DNA of 64,000 bases from Octopus vulgaris (Eukaryota). The notes beneath the pieces are model-generated. The model saw only the letters and a program-made list of their open reading frames with translations. It ran no database searches and was not told where the DNA came from. The translations under genes were made by a program, and so were the position numbers. Positions within the stretch are counted from its first letter, which is position 1. Every line of letters begins with the position of its first letter. Positions 12,079-25,685 of the stretch are shown here, piece by piece. The stretch spans positions 4,402,001-4,466,000 of the forward strand of contig OX597824.1 in the NCBI GenBank assembly GCA_951406725.2, given 5' to 3'.

Positions 12079-13056
12079 AAAAGAAAAATTCAAAGACTGC
12101 AACTAAAAGGCTTCCTTATATTGGCCCAAGATCGAAGTCTGGTACTGAAAAAGTAAAAGGATTTAATAAAAAGTGCTCAAAGAAGATTGAATGTTAAATT
12201 AAGGTCATTCTATACATCAAGAGGTACAATAAAGTTCGTAAATATATTCGCTTGAAATTCTGTCCAAACTATATACAATTAGTAAAGAAAATGTATCATA
12301 GGCAATGTCTGTAAATGATAGAATAATGGCATTCTATAAGACAAACTTGTACGTGCAGACAGAGAAGTAAAGGTAGAATTTGCAGCTAGTTTCAATGACC
12401 AGAGACAATGAAAGAATGAACATAATAATTGAGAAAGAGAGAAGCATATGGTGCTGTTATTAACTTTCATGATTAGCTTCCTGACTGCAAAAATTGCAGC
12501 CACTCCTTCAAACTCTGCCCTGTTTATTGTCAGATGTGATTGGTGACATATTTGGTATATATCCATAAAAAAAAAGGGACAAAATGCCTCGTATGACTGG
12601 GAAATAGTCAACTGAATAAACTCCGGTGCATGTTTAGTTCTTATTTATCTTTTCAGCAGAGATGGGAGGCAAAACTGACCCCAGCAGAATTGGAAGGAAT
12701 GGACTAAATACCATGAGCCATTTTGTCTGACCATCTCCTCCTTGTGTCATCATGGGTGTTTTAAAAGTGTTGCTTCTGCTCCCTTCAGCTATTTTGGGAA
12801 TGGATTAAGCATGTTTACTGTTCAGCATATAAACATCTTTCTGGATCTTGCAATGATATCCAACACCCTGTATTCTGACTGAACTATTTCTTTGAATGTC
12901 ATTTTAGCAAGAGAACTTGTACAGAAAGGCTCAACAGGTTAGAAATAGAAGCCAAATACATACACCAGATACTGTTACATTGTCCAGCTTATTCTGTTAT
13001 TTAAAATGGCAAAATGTGATAGAAATACGAGGATGGTGGCAGTGCATGCATGTATG

Positions 13057-13120
<64 letters not shown>

Positions 13121-13495
13121 TGAGTGGACAGACAGACAGACAGTTAAAAGACTAAAAAGTAAAAAAAAACATGAGTTCCTAGAAGAATTTGATAAGTTCT
13201 TTGTTTGTTGTGGGGAGTGAATAATTGAATGTTTAGGGGCCGTGCCCTTTGAATATACTGAACCTGTATATGAAATTTCCAATGGACTTGTTGTTGCATC
13301 ACTAATTTACTGAATTCCAGATTTTACATTAAAAATTTAAAATAACTAACATACAGCCTTTCTCTGTTTGGCAATATTCACCAATGGAAGATATTCACCC
13401 AGTTACCAATACCATGAAGAAATAAGCAAAAGGATGCATATGTACATCAACACATACACACGCATATATATTTATATAGTTGTGCGTGTGTGTGT

Positions 13496-13533
<38 letters not shown>

Positions 13534-13794
13534 ATGTATAACAAATGAAAAGAGGAAAGAAGTGTAGTCAAAACTAATTACATTCAAGAAAATAATGAAA
13601 TATTCTCCATTGAAGAAACAGTCGGTTGTCTATTTCATTTAATGGTTAAAACTTGTTTCATATCAAGTGTGCCACCGTATCCAAAGCTTTAAAATATGCA
13701 AGGCACATACACACATACATATGTGTGGAAATACACATGCACACACACACACATGCACACACACATGCATACACATCTATATACATACTCACTG

Positions 13795-14110
13795 TTAGTG
13801 AAAATTTCAGCTAGGTGATCGTAGTAAGCCACAATATTATAAAGGACGGCTGCAGAGTACATGCAATTCATGTTAAAGGGTCCCTCTTTTTGTTTCCTTA
13901 TAACATGTCCACATGTTTCAACTTTTACTTCTAAGGGAGAAAGTAGCTGCATTTCTACATGAAGTAAACACAGGAGGTACAAGGGAGGTGGTACAAGCAA
14001 CTCCTTGGACCTCTCCTTCTCAATGATTAGCAGACTTCCCACACGACTAAAAACTGCCTACTGCAGAAATGAGTGTTGAAACATCTGGCTATGTTGTAAA
14101 GAAACAATAT
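13795..14110 (+). mobile_element. Penelope-like element GIY-YIG C-terminus and 3' end relic
   Basis: AAEYMQFMLKGPSF ~ SAVHLHLKEKGHSF; gggagaaagtagctgcatttctacatgaag ~ RGVKEAIYVK; KGGGTSN ~ NRGGGLRHN. Followed by ...gttGAAACATCtgg, as in PLE pseudo-LTRs. Confidence 0.5.
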
Positions 14111-14999
14111 ACATATCATATGTTTGTGTATGGGGAGAAAGAGGGGGGGAGAGAGAGAGTATTTAAATACTTTAATAGTGTTCACACACATACACACAAC
14201 ATCTATGCATGGATCTCTTTACAAGATATACAATCCAATTTGGATGTAATATGTGCATTCAAGCACATGTGCACGTATATGCACACACACACACACACAC
14301 ACATGCATGTGCATGCACACAGATCTATAGGTGTGTGTGTATGTGTCTCGGTGTATGTGTGTGGGTTTGTTTCTAAATACATGCAGAGGGATTTCCAAAG
14401 CACTTCAGTAAGGTTGGCGAAAAAACCTACGAAAGGTAAATGGGAAAACGGTGAGAGATAAAGATGAGAGAGCAGGTAAGAAAACGAAACCAGAGGAGTG
14501 TTAGTGAGCAAGAAACAGGGTATTAAAGAAAATAAGTGTAGGGATGTGTGTGTGTGTGTGTGAGAGCATGAGAGAGAGAGAGAGCAAGAGAGAGAGCCTT
14601 TAATTTCCTCAAACAGTATTATAGGAAATGGAGTTGGCAGCACAAAACAAAACTCTACTTTCTGAAGAAAATAGAATGTCTAACTGTTAATAGAAAACAT
14701 AGAAATAAAAGTAAAGATAAACAAATAAATTGAATGAAATAAATTAAAATATACATTATAGCTACATAAATACCACAAAAACAATGAAAATAATCGAAAA
14801 TTGGGAAAAAAATAATAAGTGAATAATTTTAGTATAAATAAGATACAAGCAAACATTATTATTATTATTATTATTATTATTCCCCAAAAATTTCCAATGG
14901 TAAAATACCTGGACAAGACATGGTGGCTGACAACTTGTAAGAAAGCTGAGTAAATTGGTTTGTTTGATCTGGGAAACTGGGTCTGTGCCCTAACAGCTC

Positions 15000-16320
15000 A
15001 AAGATGCGTCTGTAATAATGCAGAAATAAGGGGAAGAAGAGCGTTTGTGATAATCACAGAGGAACGAGTTTGATGTGTACAGCTGGAAAAATTCTTACGA
15101 GGGTGATTCTTAACCGCATCAATAAGCATGTAGTAAATGGTATATATCCTGAGTCCAGATGTGGATTTCCAGCTGGAAGACGTGATCTTACCCTTCAACA
15201 AGTTCAAGAAGAAGCACATGAGCAAAATACTGACCTATACATTATCAAAAGTTGGTCTTTTGAAATGATAAAAGTAACAGTATCTTTGCGAGAAGGAATG
15301 ATAGCAACAGTGACATCTCATGATCAATGTTCAGAAGCATTTTCTATTTCCAATGGGACTAAACAGAGTTGTGTTTTAGCTCCCATACTTTTTGCCATAT
15401 TCTTTCCGTTGATGTTTCAACATGCTTTTAAGGATTACCGTGGAAAGTTTCAGACAGACAGCAATTTACTAATCCTAAATGGACAAAGCTTCAGATCAAA
15501 GGAAAAGACTAACAAAGAGATTCTAAATGATCTTCTGTTTGCTGACGATTGTGCTTTGATTCCTCATACATTTGAAAGAATTCCGGAAATAATTGACAGG
15601 TAGATCGTGGCAGCTCATGCAAATGGACTATCAGCATTTAGAAGACTGAAGATTTATTCCAACTGAAGCTTAGGACAGAACATACCCAAGTTTCAAATGT
15701 AATAATTGACAATAAGCCATTCAAATGGGCCAAGTCATTTAAATATCTTGGAAATACTGAAAACTTGAAGATTACTCTTGATGTCAAAATCAATATTAGA
15801 CTATCTAAGGCTAAAAGTGCTTTTGGAAAAATTTCCCATCATGTGTGGTATGAACACAGTCAGTTTCAAATCTAAAATAAGTGTATACAAATCTTGTATA
15901 TTCAGCACAATTTTTGTATGAGGCAGAAGCATAGACCCCCACTTCTACAGACAGATAAAAAATTTTGAAACCTTTCGCATGCACTGTCTGTACAATCTCT
16001 ATAACATAAAGTAGCAAGATAGGAACCAAATGCCAAGATTTTAGCAAAATGTGATATCTGCAGCATTGAAAGTACACTGTTGAGAATTCAGCGCAGATGG
16101 GTAGGATATGTTGTTTGAATGGAAGATGACCACATTCCAAAAAGTCAATGAGAGGGATCCTGTGGTAAAGGAAGACTCTTGCTAAGGTACAAGAATAAGT
16201 TGAAACAATCTCTATAGTCCCTACATGTTTAACATGTTGGGAAAGTTATTGTTTAGATCAATCTGAATGGAGTGAAATGTGTCATGATACATGAAAACAA
16301 TTTGAGTTGAAGAAATAGAA
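15000..16320 (+). mobile_element. RTE (BovB-like) LINE reverse transcriptase fragment, inactive
   Basis: ORF 15070-15603 has CTAGKILTRVILNRI...PESRCGF...GTKQSCVLAPILFAIFF...DLLFADDCAL. Downstream interrupted frames give FKYLG and FLYEAEA. Many stops and frameshifts. Confidence 0.9.
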
Positions 16321-16589
16321 CAATAAAAGAAACATATTCTGCATTCAACAAATAAATTTGTTCAATCTCAGGTAAAAATCATCATTATCCTTATTGCTTC
16401 TTCATAACAAAATCCATCCCTGGATCCAAATTACATTCATGCATCCATCACAAATTGATGCAGCTTACTTTTTGACATCCTTTTTGTTTTTATTACTTTT
16501 AATCTTTTTTCCTTCAAATACCCAAATGTCAAAATCAACAGAAGTGACCATCACCATACCAATATGCATTTATATGTACCATTACATAC

Positions 16590-16760
16590 TGTCATCATCA
16601 TCACTTAAAGTTTGTCTTCCTTATTTGGCATAAGTTGGATGACTTGGTCGGATGCTGGTGCATTGTGTTCTAATGTCTGTTTTGGCACAGTTTCCGTGGC
16701 CGGATGCCTGTCCTCACATCAACCTCCCAGCACAGTGCACTGGGAACTCTTTTTATGGAG
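16590..16760 (-). mobile_element. RTE-type 3' tail (family C), diverged
   Basis: (CAT)n tail and ggatgcc.tcct.a core. Confidence 0.65.
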
Positions 16761-17205
16761 AAAGTGATAATTTTAGGCAATGTGATGAGAAAGGATAATT
16801 TAGTATGATGAGAGGAACAGATTGTGAGCCAATGATAGTGTAGAGACACTCTAGGAAGAGGAATAGTTGTGAGGGAGTAGGAGTAGAGAGAGAGAGAGTA
16901 AGCAAGCAGATGCTATTGGGGTGGATGGAAGGATCAGGAGAAAAGAAAGGGATTAGTGTCAGTTGTTAGTGAGGAAGGGCAGGACAGAGTAGTATGAGTG
17001 GTGAGAAGGGTAATGGGGTGGGGTGGGGTTCCAGGAGTATCCCACATTATACTGATGAGTATAGATGGATGTTGTGAGGGAAGGTAACATGAAAAAGAGA
17101 AAATAGATGAGTGTGGCAAGGATTTATAGAGAGCCATTAAAAGAGAGATGTAGTAGTCATGGGGATAGACCAGAGGGGGAGAGAGGAAAAGGGTGTTGGA
17201 GAGTA

Positions 17206-18101
17206 TTGATATCATAATCATATTTAAGTGATAAGACTGCCAGTTCATCAGGGAGAGGATGGCAGAGTGTGTGACACTCCCATTTTTTCTCATATTTCCT
17301 TATCTCACATCAGATTGGGAATCAAAGCCATACAGGTACTCTCTTTTATCAAGAACTTGCTTTTTGCTCTATGCTGGCTTGTTTTACACTGAAATGAGTT
17401 TATTTGGTATAAAATGTCAATATCTGGGAAGCTGAGGGGAGAAGACAACAAAATGAAAAAATATGCAGAAGAGAAATAATGGACAGGTGTGAGTGATCAT
17501 CACAGGTGGTGAAATGAGATGTGAACAACAGGGTGATGATTGGAGGCTGGAGATGGATGGAAGAGAAAAGGTAGATGCAGGTAGAGTGACAACGTTACTG
17601 TTACTCATCTATAAATCTAGTGATGGATGGTGACTAATACAGTCACACGTAAATAGGTTTCATCATCATCATCATCATCATCATTTAGCGTCCGTTTTCC
17701 ATGCTAGCATGGGTTGGACAGTTCAACTGGGGTCTGTGAAGCTGGAAGGCTTCATCAGGCCCAGTCAGATCTGGCAGTGTTTCTACGGCTGGATGCCCTT
17801 CCTAACGCCAACCACTCCATGAGTGTAGTGGGTGCTTAGAATGATGGTGATAAGTAGGGTGGCTATTTTCTAGTTTACAAGCTTCATATGTGATGGAAAT
17901 ATGGAATAGATATTGACATGTAAAATAAGGTAGTGTAGAGCAGAAAGTAAGCTCTTGACAAAAGAGAGGACATATACGGCTTTGATTCCCAATCTGAAAT
18001 GAGATGAGTAAATATGAGAAAAAATGGGAGTGTCACACACTCTGCCATCCGCTCCCTGATAAACTGGCAGTCTTATTACTTAAATATGACTGTGATGTCA
18101 A
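17206..18101. repeat. ~185-bp inverted repeat pair (17206-17390 / 17918-18101), likely PLE-type inverted ends
   Basis: ggcagagtgtgtgacactcccattttttctcatattt...cagattgggaatcaaagcc is mirrored by ggctttgattcccaatctg...aaatatgagaaaaaatgggagtgtcacacactctgcc. Confidence 0.85.
17660..17837 (-). mobile_element. RTE LINE 3' tail (family C)
   Basis: (CAT)n-tttagcgtccgttttccatgctagcatgggttggac...ggatgcccttcctaacgccaaccactcc. Confidence 0.88.
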
Positions 18102-18249
18102 ACAACTTACTCTCAAGCAAAATGCTGAAAGGAATCTGAGAGAATAAATTTGATTATTTGCAATATTTAAGAAGAATGATAAGTCTAGTCAACTAAGTGT
18201 TAAGACACTAAGCTGTTAATTGCTAACTCTATTTATCTCTAAGTAGGTA

Positions 18250-18900
18250 CCATAGGTTCTGAAATTTACTGCAGTTAACAGCAGCATCAGTGTAGAAGAG
18301 ATGAGGATTTTGCCGGTTTCAATTTCTTTGGTATGAAAAGGCTACTTGCAATAGACAACCACCCGATCTAGAAACAAATTTATTTCCTATTTGTTTAATG
18401 CAATGGAAACTGAAGATAAGCACTAACCTTATTAATCATTGGGATTTGGGAAAGGATTAACTTCGTAATATGCAGTTCAAAAAGGCAGTGCTATCATATA
18501 AGTTCCCTGGAGTTAGACAATTGACAATAGAGGTAAGCTGTTGGTTAGATAAATTTATATAATCTTAGGGTTGTACTTGTTGGGCAAGCAACTCGATCTG
18601 AAACCATGAATTGAAACTAAACCAATTACATCCAGCAAGAAACAGGATAGAAATTTAAACACATAAAACGCATTTACATTCACTGTCATCATTATTGTTT
18701 TTTAATAGCGTTGTATACTGTAGGATGTCAAAAACTGTTGTCAAACATCTATGACCCAATTACTGGTGCTAACATTGAGATGTAGTGGAATGGTGTCAGT
18801 GGTCAGTTTGCAGAATTATTGCAAGTGGAATTGTATGAACAGGTGACACATATTCAGTAAAACTTTATGACAAATTTTAGTATTTCTACCTTTAACAAGT
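18250..18900 (-). mobile_element. Very decayed LINE RT relic
   Basis: Minus-strand fragments PVH..NNSAN and HGFRSSC occur in the order expected for TPVHK..PANYRP and QHGFR..RSC. Confidence 0.3.
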
Positions 18901-19469
18901 AAAGGTGAATATAATATATATATGGTTCAAATGACTATCAAGACTCTTCCACAATGTAAATTGTTTCAGTTTCAATTCACATTTTCTGATCAAGTCACTT
19001 GCTAAGCAAGTACATCATCAAGGTTATAAAATTTCTCTCATTGAAACTTTACTTCTATATCATGTCTCTGCCATGATAAGATTAATTCCTAACCATTTCA
19101 CTGAGAGAATCAGGAATAGCTGAATGGAGATACAATGAAATACTTAGCTAAACATTCAGTGATTCCTATCTCCTCACCAACACTGTGTTGTGCATCACCT
19201 GTAAGTAACAGCCATTGCTTGCCGGACTGTTCTGCCACTGGAAGCATGCTGAGTTGAGAGAGCACCTCCAGGTTTAGGCAATGATAGCTGTCCTAACAGA
19301 AGAAACCATTAAGTAATCACTCAGCCTGCTAGAAAAAACAGTGAAGTCCCTCTCTCAAGTCACAACCCTACCATCTTTAAAAAGTGAGAACACAGAAAAT
19401 AGTGTAGTCCCAGATATTATGTCTGAAAAAAACAAATAAATAAATAAATAAATAAAAGAGACACAGTGA

Positions 19470-19615
19470 AAATGGTGCTGTGTGGTAAGTAGCTTGCTTA
19501 CCAACCACACAGCTCCAGGTTCAGTCCAACTGTGTGGCACACTCTGGCCTCGGACCCACAAAAGAATTGTCAATGGATTTGGAAGACGGAAACTGAAAGA
19601 AGCCTGTCATATATA

Positions 19616-19668
<53 letters not shown>

Positions 19669-19865
19669 TTGTATGTCTGTGTCTGTCCCCCCACCATTAC
19701 TCGACAACAATATTGGTATGATTACATCCCTGCAACTTAGCAGTTTGGCAAAAGAATAAGTACTAGGCTTACAAAAAACAAGTCCTGGGGTCAATTTCTG
19801 AGACTAAAAGACACTGCTCCAGCATGGCCACAGTCAAGTGACTGAAACAAATAAAAGAATAAAAG
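19470..19865 (+). mobile_element. SINE family A
   Basis: gctgtgtggtaagtagcttgcttaccaaccac head, TA/TG tract, gactgaaacaaataaaagaat tail. Confidence 0.88.
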
Positions 19866-20551
19866 CATAGAAGAATACTGAAATGCCTTTGATCAGAGCT
19901 GCCTGGGGCTAAACAATAATAATAACATAGGCCTACAATCATCACAACTCCAGATCAGGCACAAAAATGAATAAATGCCTACTGGCTTTGCAAGGTCACT
20001 ATCGACTTGAGTCAGAAATGACCTGAGTAAGTTGTTATGGTCAAGTCTTTCTCTTACAAGGAAAAGAGAAAAACTTGATCATAACAGCTACTATTCTTCA
20101 CCTTTGCACAATCAATAACATTTTATCACTTCTCAATGGATAACCATGATTATGAAAACCAAGTCTGATAGAAAAGTCAACTAGCAGATTACTGCAGCAA
20201 TCAAACTTATTGACATTCTACAAACTTTTCTTTATATTAATTGTTGGAGATGCAAACCTTCACCAGATTCCAGACTCCACTGAATGCATAGTCATTAGTT
20301 CAAACCTTACTAATTGTTGTAGAAATTCAGCAAACAGTAAAATGGAACTAAAGCAAATAAAGGAATAAATTGTTATTCTTTCTCTTTTCTTTTATATCTT
20401 TTATCATGGGAATGTTCTGGAAGCTAAGAAAATTATATTTCATACGATTTATTTCAACGGCTCAATGTTCATGTACAACTATCATTCAATTGATTCAAAA
20501 ATGCTTTTTTTGCTAATTAATTTAAGACACATTTAAAACCTATTATTGTAA

Positions 20552-20805
20552 ATCATCATCATCATCGTTTAATGTCCGCTTTCCATGCTAGCATGGGTTG
20601 GACGATTTAGACTGAGGGCTGGCGAACCAGATGGCTGCACCAGGCTCCAGTCTGATCTGGCAGATTTTCTACAGCTGGATGCCCTTCCTAATGCCAACCA
20701 CTCCGAGAGTGTAGTGGGTGCTTTTACGTGCCACCGGCACGGGGGCCAATCAGGCAGTACTTGCAACGGCCATGCACAAATGGTGTTTTTTACATGCCAC
20801 CTGCA
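20552..20805 (-). mobile_element. RTE LINE 3' tail (family C)
   Basis: Same core as 17660, extending into the first hairpin repeat unit gtgccaccggcac. Confidence 0.88.
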
Positions 20806-21811
20806 CAGTCATTAGTTCAAACCATTCTTTTATAAGCTGGCATATGTTGGATGGATCTGCTTTGCACAGTATCTCACCACTTGCTGTGGTTCTTTATCCC
20901 CACACAAGGTTCAACATCTTAAAAGTCAGCTTTCACCAATTCAGCTCCTGTAGACACCTTCCACTTATTTATCCCTTCTTCACCCAACTGCCATCCTGCC
21001 AGTAAAAAAATATATATCACACATCTCTACTAGCACCGTCTTCTCTTTCATACTCTGTGGTTAATACCTCTAATGCTCATTTTCTTTTCCCTCAACCCCA
21101 GATAATGCTCCATCATTCATGTTATCTGACCACACATCCTGTATGAAGTGGTGAAGACTGACACCTCTATTACACAAAATACTCTATAATCTAAAGTAAT
21201 GTAATTTAATCTAAATAAATTATGAACCACTTACAATATCTACAAATAAGTAACTTCCCAAAACTATCAAATATTTGTTCTAAGTTGTAGTGAGTTTCTT
21301 GCACCTGGATGAAATTGTGGTCCCTCATCATGTTCTAACCGTTTATTGGATCAATGTGGAAGCAAAAGCTCTAAGCCATGAACTGACTATATTTCAGGTT
21401 CTCTGACCCTTTCTTATATTATCACACTCTAGTAACACTACAAGGCTAACTACAAATTGCAATTAATATAATGGAATGTAGCACAAAATAATTAATTAAC
21501 TTGTTATTTGTATGTATGTATATTTTAGATCTGAGTTCTTAATTGAGTTCAAGCTAGTTGCTAACAAAGTGACAAGACTTTTTGATGTAAAAGAGTTCCT
21601 GGGGTTTGTAAATACCTGGTTGCATTGGTGTGTGCATATATGTAGGTGTGTTTTGTAAAAGAACAATGTTTCAGAGAAGCGGCAATCAGCGGGCACCGTC
21701 TGCCTTCCCTCATTAATACCATTTTTTTTCATCATTCATCTCATTAATGTTATCGTCCAGCCCACAGCTACTACTTCTATGTAATGCTTTCATGGCAAAT
21801 TGAATAAAATA

Positions 21812-22202
21812 AAGTAGCTTGATTACCAACCACATGGTTCTGGGTTCAGTCCCACTGCGTGGCACCTTGGCCTAGTGTCCTCTACTATAGCCTTGGGCCG
21901 ACCAAAGCCTCGTGAGTGGATTTGGTAGACGGAAACTGAAAGAAGCCTGTCATGTAAATGTGTGTGTGTGTGTGTGTGTGTGTGCATGTGTGTGTGTATG
22001 TTTGTATATCTGTTTGTCCCCCCACCATCGCTTGACAACCGATGTTGGTGTGTTCATGTCCCTGTAACTTAGCAGTTCAGCAAAAGAGACCTATAGAATA
22101 AGTACTAGGCTTACAAAGAATAAGTCCTGAGGTCAATTTGTTCAACTAAAGCTGGTGCTCCAGTATGGCCACAGTCAAATGACTGAAACTAACTAACAAA
22201 AG

Positions 22203-22205
<3 letters not shown>
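21812..22205 (+). mobile_element. SINE family A
   Basis: Head, CORE-like ggcaccttgg..agtgtc.tctactatagcc and 3' part all present. Confidence 0.9.
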
Positions 22206-22251
<46 letters not shown>

Positions 22252-24756
22252 ATGTATGCATGGTGGTGGTGGTGGTGGTGGTGGTGGTGAATTCACCCAC
22301 TGAGAATGACACGAGTGATAATGGTTAATTATTATACATCACTGATAAAAGCTAGTATAACTAAATAAAAACAGAATTGATAAAAAGTTGATAAAATCAG
22401 GTGAAATTGGTTGAAATTCTATAAAATTAAGAAAATTAAGAGAAAATTAAGTTAAACGATGGTGACAGACAAGAGTCATTTGTAAAGTTAGAGATCATGT
22501 CTTGACTTGCAACAGTTTCTGGATTAGGTTTAATCTTTGTGCGCTGCACTCTGCACATTTTTTGCTATAAACAACAAAGCAAGATTTGGTCCAACAGCAG
22601 AGGTGACAAACCTCCTGATAGACATTTCTATTTGCTCTAATGAAAAATTTATACAAATATATATATAAAGATGCAGATACAGCTGTGTGGTTAAGAGTAC
22701 AGTTTGTAACAGCATGGTTCTGTGTTCAATCCTGCTGTGGTGCAGTCTGGAAAAAATGTCTTCAACCATAGCCTTCAGCTAACCAATGCCACAGTCTTCA
22801 GATGTCAGTAAAACTTAGTAAATAGAAACTTTGCAGAAAGCTACTGTGCAGACATACAGACAGACAGATGATGGTGATGATGATGATGATGATGAGGAGG
22901 AGGAGGAGGAGGAGGATATATGTGTCTGTTTTCTCTGTCCATGTTGGTGATTATGCTTAAGAGTACAAACCATTGTGGCAAACTGCACCCTTCTGTGTGA
23001 AAGCATAACTTAGAGGTTTGATAAATGGACATCAACAAAATAAATTCCCGACTGGATCAAGTACAAGGTCAGCCTTATCACCAGACACCTTAGAAAGTAG
23101 TGCACCAGCATGACCGTGGTCCAATGGCTGAACGCAGCAAAAGAATACAAGGCTACACTGTTATATGACATGATACCATATACCACATGCATATACATGC
23201 ACATGCATGTTTATGCATGCATGTGTTGCAAGAGTGTGTGTCTATTTCACTGCAATGAGTTTAATGAAGGGCCATTTACATGGCTGCTGAACCAGCTGGA
23301 ATAGCAGCCAAGTCACACACAATTGTCATATAAATGAAGGACACATTGGATAATAATGTAGTCCTGGAACAACTCTGATCAGAAGTTTGCTCAATGAGAG
23401 TTGTGGAGAAACAACAACAACAACAACAACAAAAAGTGTGAAAGCGGTAAGTGCTGCATTACCGAACGCCTGCCACTCCATGGTTGCGTCTGCCACTCCT
23501 ATCCCGTGTCAACAGATAGCTGCATTACAGCTAATCTCAGTGGAACTTGTACTAATTTCATTTGCACAGGTTTCCAGTATAATATGGCTTCGAATATTTC
23601 TAGAAATCTTACAGTCAGGTTAACATGGAGCACCCAGCAGGAGATAAGAGAAAACACTGCTAAACAGCAAGCAGAGCTGAAGCACAACAAAACAACAACA
23701 AAACAAAACCCAAAAAAAAAAAGTAAAAGAGAGAGAAAGAAAATAGGAACTTAAGAAAATACAAGGAACAACAAAAAATAACAATAACAAACACTGCTGC
23801 AATAATGTCTGTAATGACAGTGTTAAAAGAGCATTAAAATAGAATAACAAGAATAAATGGAAAGTTTAGAGAAATGGTGAGATAAAGAAAGCGTGAGAGT
23901 GAAGAATATGGAGTAGAAGAAAGTTGCCATGAATTGCAATAAGAAAACAAGGAAATTCTGGTTGGAAAAATATATGGGAAAATTTTGATTACATATTGAT
24001 CTGGAAGAGCAAGTTAGATGTCAATAATAGGAATAAAGAAATTTCATGGTTAGAGACACTCGTTTACATGAATGTGTATTGTATGTGTTTGTATGTGTGT
24101 GTGTGTGTGTTTGTATATGTGTGTGTGTTTGTATATGTGTGTGTGTGTTTGTATATGTGTGTGTGTGTAGATTTGTAATTCAACAATTGGAAGCATAAAA
24201 CTCTGAGTTACAATTCAAGAAGTTTCAGTTTCTAATAAAATGTATCCATCCTTCTCTGTGTATTGAGTATTTCTTTTGCTTGTAAAACCAATCCATACCA
24301 TCGTACTCACACCCACAACCACACTTGCATATTTACAAACACATATACTCATGCATGCATGCACCACACATACACAGGCACACACACGTATACAAACACA
24401 CAGACACTATAGAAAATAAAAATATAACAATAAAATCGCAACTGAAAATAAATCAGGTACCAATATTTCTTTTAATATTTGCACCTGATTTATTTTCAGT
24501 CGTCATTTTAAGCACGTGCACACGGACACACAGACACACACAATGCACACATACAGACACATACATGCACACACACACATCTGCATTAGAGAACATGCTA
24601 ACAGCTCCAGCTTCTCTGGGACACTTTCATCAGCTGTTGACTGCTGGGGAGGTGGAAGCGAGCGAGAGAAAGAAAAGGGAGAGAAGAGGAGAAAGAGGAG
24701 AAGGAGAAAGGTAGGTAAGGAGAGAGAGAATGACTGAGTCAATATAACATTATACA

Positions 24757-24972
24757 TTCCTTTCTACTATAAGCGCAAGGCCCGCAATTCTGGTGGAAGG
24801 GGTCAGTTGATTACATCAACCCTATTGCTTGACCGGTACTTATTTTATCGACCCTGAAAGGATGAAAGGCTAAGTCGGCCTTGGCAGAATTTGAACTCAG
24901 AATGTAAAGACGATTGAAATGCCACTAAGCCTTTTGTCCAGTGTGCAAACGATTCTGCCAGCTTGCTGCCTC
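24757..24972 (-). mobile_element. SINE family B, full length with target-site duplication
   Basis: Flanked by tcaatataa(c/t)attata on both sides. B-box and central ctttcatcctttcagggtcgataaaataagtacc on the minus strand. Confidence 0.9.
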
Positions 24973-24985
24973 AATATAATATTAT

Positions 24986-24986
<1 letters not shown>

Positions 24987-25019
<33 letters not shown>

Positions 25020-25152
25020 CCATTCCCATCATTTAACTTCCATTGTCCATGCTGGCATGGGTTGGGCGGTTTGACTGGGATGACAAGCTGGAATGCTGCA
25101 CCAAACTCCAGTCTGATTTGGCATGGTTTTCTACAGCTGAATGCCCTTCCTT
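24987..25152 (-). mobile_element. RTE LINE 3' tail (family C)
   Basis: (CAT)n tail, ccatgctggcatgggttgg and gcccttcct cores. Confidence 0.8.
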
Positions 25153-25369
25153 CATCCCTTAATCCTTTCATCCTTAATTTTCCTTTCCTCCCTTAAGTAT
25201 CAATAAGACAAGTACCACTTGATCACTGGGGGGGGGGTCAACATAGTCAACTTCCCCTCCCATCAAAACTTGCCATCCTTGTGCCAGAATGAGAAAAATA
25301 TATCATATTATTATATGATGATAGTATACATTATTATATATAATAATAATATTTGTTATTATATTATAA

Positions 25370-25668
25370 TGGATGCATGGCCTAGTGGTTAGTGTGATGC
25401 ACTCTTGATTGCAAGATTGTGGTTTCAATTCCTAGATCAAGTGGTGCATTGTGTCCTTGAGCAAAACACTTCATCTCGAATTGCTCTGCAATCACTTTGA
25501 TACTTAATGCATGGTACACTAGACACCAGTTCAGGCAACATCGATTTGAAGGAGAGAGAGAGCTAATGTACAGCTCAGACATTTCATCATTATAAACGAA
25601 TCTTTTGTGCAGATCATTTGGAAAAAGCTGAACATTCATACTTTGTCTTTGACAGGAGAGTCCATCAT
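25370..25668 (+). mobile_element. tRNA-derived SINE with gtgtccttgagcaa-type centre
   Basis: A-box-like tggcctagtgg, B-box-like ggtttcaattcc, then gtgtccttgagcaaaacacttc. Related head at 47815-48095 (-). Confidence 0.75.
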
Positions 25669-25685
25669 ATATTATTATATTATAT

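Noticed and set aside
15070-15603. 177-aa RT ORF as a functional or domesticated gene
   Set aside because: It has internal deletions relative to RTE RT and is surrounded by stops and frameshifts, so it is a dead LINE copy.
20409-20423. Heat-shock-element match GAAtgTTCtgGAA
   Set aside because: A single short match with no promoter context; plausible by chance in 64 kb.
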